Below, in pieces: positions 61,705 through 64,000 of a DNA stretch of 64,000 bases; the first letter of the stretch is position 1, and each line of letters starts with the position of its first letter. This DNA comes from Mobula hypostoma (lineage: Eukaryota). The notes below the pieces were generated by a model, which did no database searches, was not told the DNA's origin, and worked only from the letters and a program-made list of their open reading frames with translations. A program made the translations under genes and the position numbers. The stretch spans positions 183,646,001-183,710,000 of the forward strand of contig NC_086097.1 of NCBI RefSeq assembly GCF_963921235.1, read 5' to 3'.

Positions 61705-64000
61705 GACGAGGAGCTGATGGATTTGGCAGAGACAGCTCTCTCTGACGCAGAATTGAGAAGGGAGCCAGTTGGCTATTATGTAAAGGAGGGAGTACTAATG
61801 AGGAAATGGAGACCACGTACTGTGCCCGCAGATGAGGAATGGGGAGTTGTACACCAGGTGGTAGTGCCGAAAATATATAGGGGCGAGGTTTTTAACCTGG
61901 CCCACAAAGTAACCCTCGGTGGACATTTTGGGGTGAGGAAGACAGTCGACAGAATTATGCAAGAGTTTTACTGGCCGAATATGAGGAAAGATATTGTTGA
62001 ATATTGTAGGCGATGTCATTTATGTCAGGTGGTGAGAAAACCAAATCAGCTCCTGTCTAAGGTGCCCCTTCGACCGATACCCGATTTCGGGGAACCTTTT
62101 TCTCAAGTAATTGTGGATTTTGTTGGTCCCCTGCCTAGAACTGCGAGTGGGCGGGAGTACGTGATGGCTATGATGTGCGCCGCCACCAGGTTTCCGGAGG
62201 CGGTGCCCCTGGCCAGCGTAAAGGCCCTTGTGAAATTTTTCACTACGGTGGGGCTGCCCAGGGAAATCCAGTCAGATCAGGGGAGTGTCTTCACATCTCA
62301 CACCTTCCGACAGATGTTAGATGAGATGGGGGCAAAGCAGATTTTGGCCTCCGCGTACCACCCTGAGTCACAAGGGGCATTGGAACGATTCCACGCCACA
62401 TTAAAGACCATGATTAAAATTTACTGTCAAGAAAATGCTAGGAGCTGGGATGATGCTTTGCCCCTCCTCTTATTTGCCGTGAGGGACATGGTTCAAGAGT
62501 CATCGGGGTTCAGCCCATTCGAGCTCGTCTTTGGTCATCAGCCCAGAGGACCCCTGACCTTACTAAAAGAGCAATGGTCCAGTCCAGCCATCCAGGTTAA
62601 TGTGATTGATTACGTTTTAAAATTTCGTGAGAGGCTTGAAAGGATCTGTGACCTTGCAAAAGAAAATCTGCGACACTCCCAGACTAAAATGAAAAAATGG
62701 TATGATAAGCGTGCCCGCGAAAAAGTGTTCCAAGTGGGCGATCGGGTCTTAGTTCTGTTCCCAGTGGTAGCCAACCCCCTCCAGGCAAGATTCCACAGTC
62801 CGTACAAGGTAATTAAAAAGATAGACCCTTTGAATTATGTTATCGAAACACCGGACAGGCGCAAACCCACACAGTTGGTACACATTAACATGTTAAAAGC
62901 CTACCACAATCAGAAAGAAAACCCGGTTGGTGTTATCACGGAAATTAATGAGGCGGGGGTGTCGAATGAGATGGGGAAAACCCATCTCGAGAAGATGAAT
63001 ATGGTGCCGACCCGATTGGAGAACTCTATTGTTCTGGCTAAGTTTGCTGATAAGGTCTCTCACCTAACCCCCGAACAAAGCGGGCTGCTGATAAAGCTAA
63101 TTCACCGGCATGCAGATGTATGTCCCGATGCCCCGAGGCGATGCAAAGGGACAGTGCATGATGTTGTGGTCACCTCAGACCAGCCTATTAAACAACACCC
63201 CTATAGGATGAACTTGGAGAAGGGAAAGCTAGTGGAGAAAGAAATTGAACACATGCTAGCCTCAGATATTATTAGGCCATCCAAGTGGGAATGGGCCTCC
63301 CCCTGTGTGGTTGTCCCGAAAGCCGATGGGAGCATCCGATTCTGTACAGATTACAGAAAGGTGAATGCTATCATGAAAACCGATGCTTACCCCATCCCCA
63401 GGGTAGACGATTGCATCGATAAAGTGGGGAGAGCTACGTACATCACCAAGATCGATTTGCTGAAAGGGTACTGGTGTGTGCCTTTAACCGACCGGGCTAG
63501 AGAAATCTCGGCACTTGTCACCCCCTCCGGTTTATACGAGTATAATGTTCTACCTTTTGGCATGAAAAACGCCCCAGGGACCTTCCAGAGGATGATTAAT
63601 TCAGTAATAAAGGGACTCAGGAACACAGAAGCATATATTGATGATTTAGTGGTCTGGAGTGACACGTGGGAGGAGCACATTGTGGCGGTAGAGGAGCTAT
63701 TTAAACGGCTGTCCAAAGCCACCCTGACAGTGAACCTCGCAAAAAGTGAGTTCGGCCACGCGAAGGTCACTTATCTGGGATTTGTGGTAGGACAGGGGCA
63801 GCTGGCTCCGATGCAGGCTAAGGTGCGGGCTATCTCGGAGGTCCCCACCCCGACAGATAAGAGAGCCCTGAGGAGGTTCTTGGGGATGGTGGGGTACTAT
63901 AGGAAATTTTGCAAAAACTTTGCGGATATTTCCCTCCCTCTCACTAAGCTTTTGCCAAAGAATGCGAAGTTTGTGTGGAACGACCTTTGCCAACAAGCCT
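61705..64000 (+). CDS. Gmr1-like pol: integrase followed by reverse transcriptase; open to the window end (absent from the ORF track)
   Basis: In frame with 60220-61704. H..GGH..CRRC zinc domain; D 62116, D 62275, E 62383 (D35E spacing); FHSPY; WASPCVVVPK, FCTDYRKVN, LPFGMKNAP, YIDD at 63634-63645, FLGMVGYYRKF. Confidence 0.85.

Larger units (their letters stand above)
58812..64000 (+). mobile_element. Gmr1-like Gypsy LTR retrotransposon (gag-PR-IN-RT order), runs off window
   Basis: 5' LTR, PBS, gag with SCAN-like region and CCHC knuckle, protease DTG, and integrase located before RT. Confidence 0.93.

Overview
Repeat-dominated eukaryotic DNA with no host protein-coding gene that I can support. 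The mix of repeats (CR1 LINEs with an esterase ORF1, Rex1/Babar LINEs, tRNA-head V-SINE-like elements, Penelope-like pieces, Tc1, hAT-Charlie) suggests a vertebrate, probably a cartilaginous fish; this is inference only. Main elements: (1) a near full-length CR1 (~3245-8300) interrupted by a Penelope-like GIY-YIG fragment with a hammerhead-ribozyme core; (2) a complete but decayed Sushi-type chromodomain Gypsy element (17977-29112, TSD GTTAA) whose 3' LTR is split by a head-to-tail pair of Nimb/I-clade LINEs, both followed by CATCCTCTG; (3) a decayed minus-strand Gypsy element (37091-41252); (4) a Charlie-like hAT deletion derivative; (5) an IR/DR-type Tc1 element carrying a solo LTR and a 35-bp retro-insertion; (6) a relatively young Gmr1-like Gypsy element (SCAN-like gag, PR-IN-RT order) running off the right end. 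Best leads: apparent sequence-specific or self-targeting of the Nimb LINE, TSD-flanked fold-back elements built from hammerhead-containing Penelope ends, a -1 frameshift pseudoknot in the chromovirus, a CR1-derived higher-order minisatellite and a possible retrovirus-type gag remnant. All alignments were done by eye; boundaries of old repeats are approximate.
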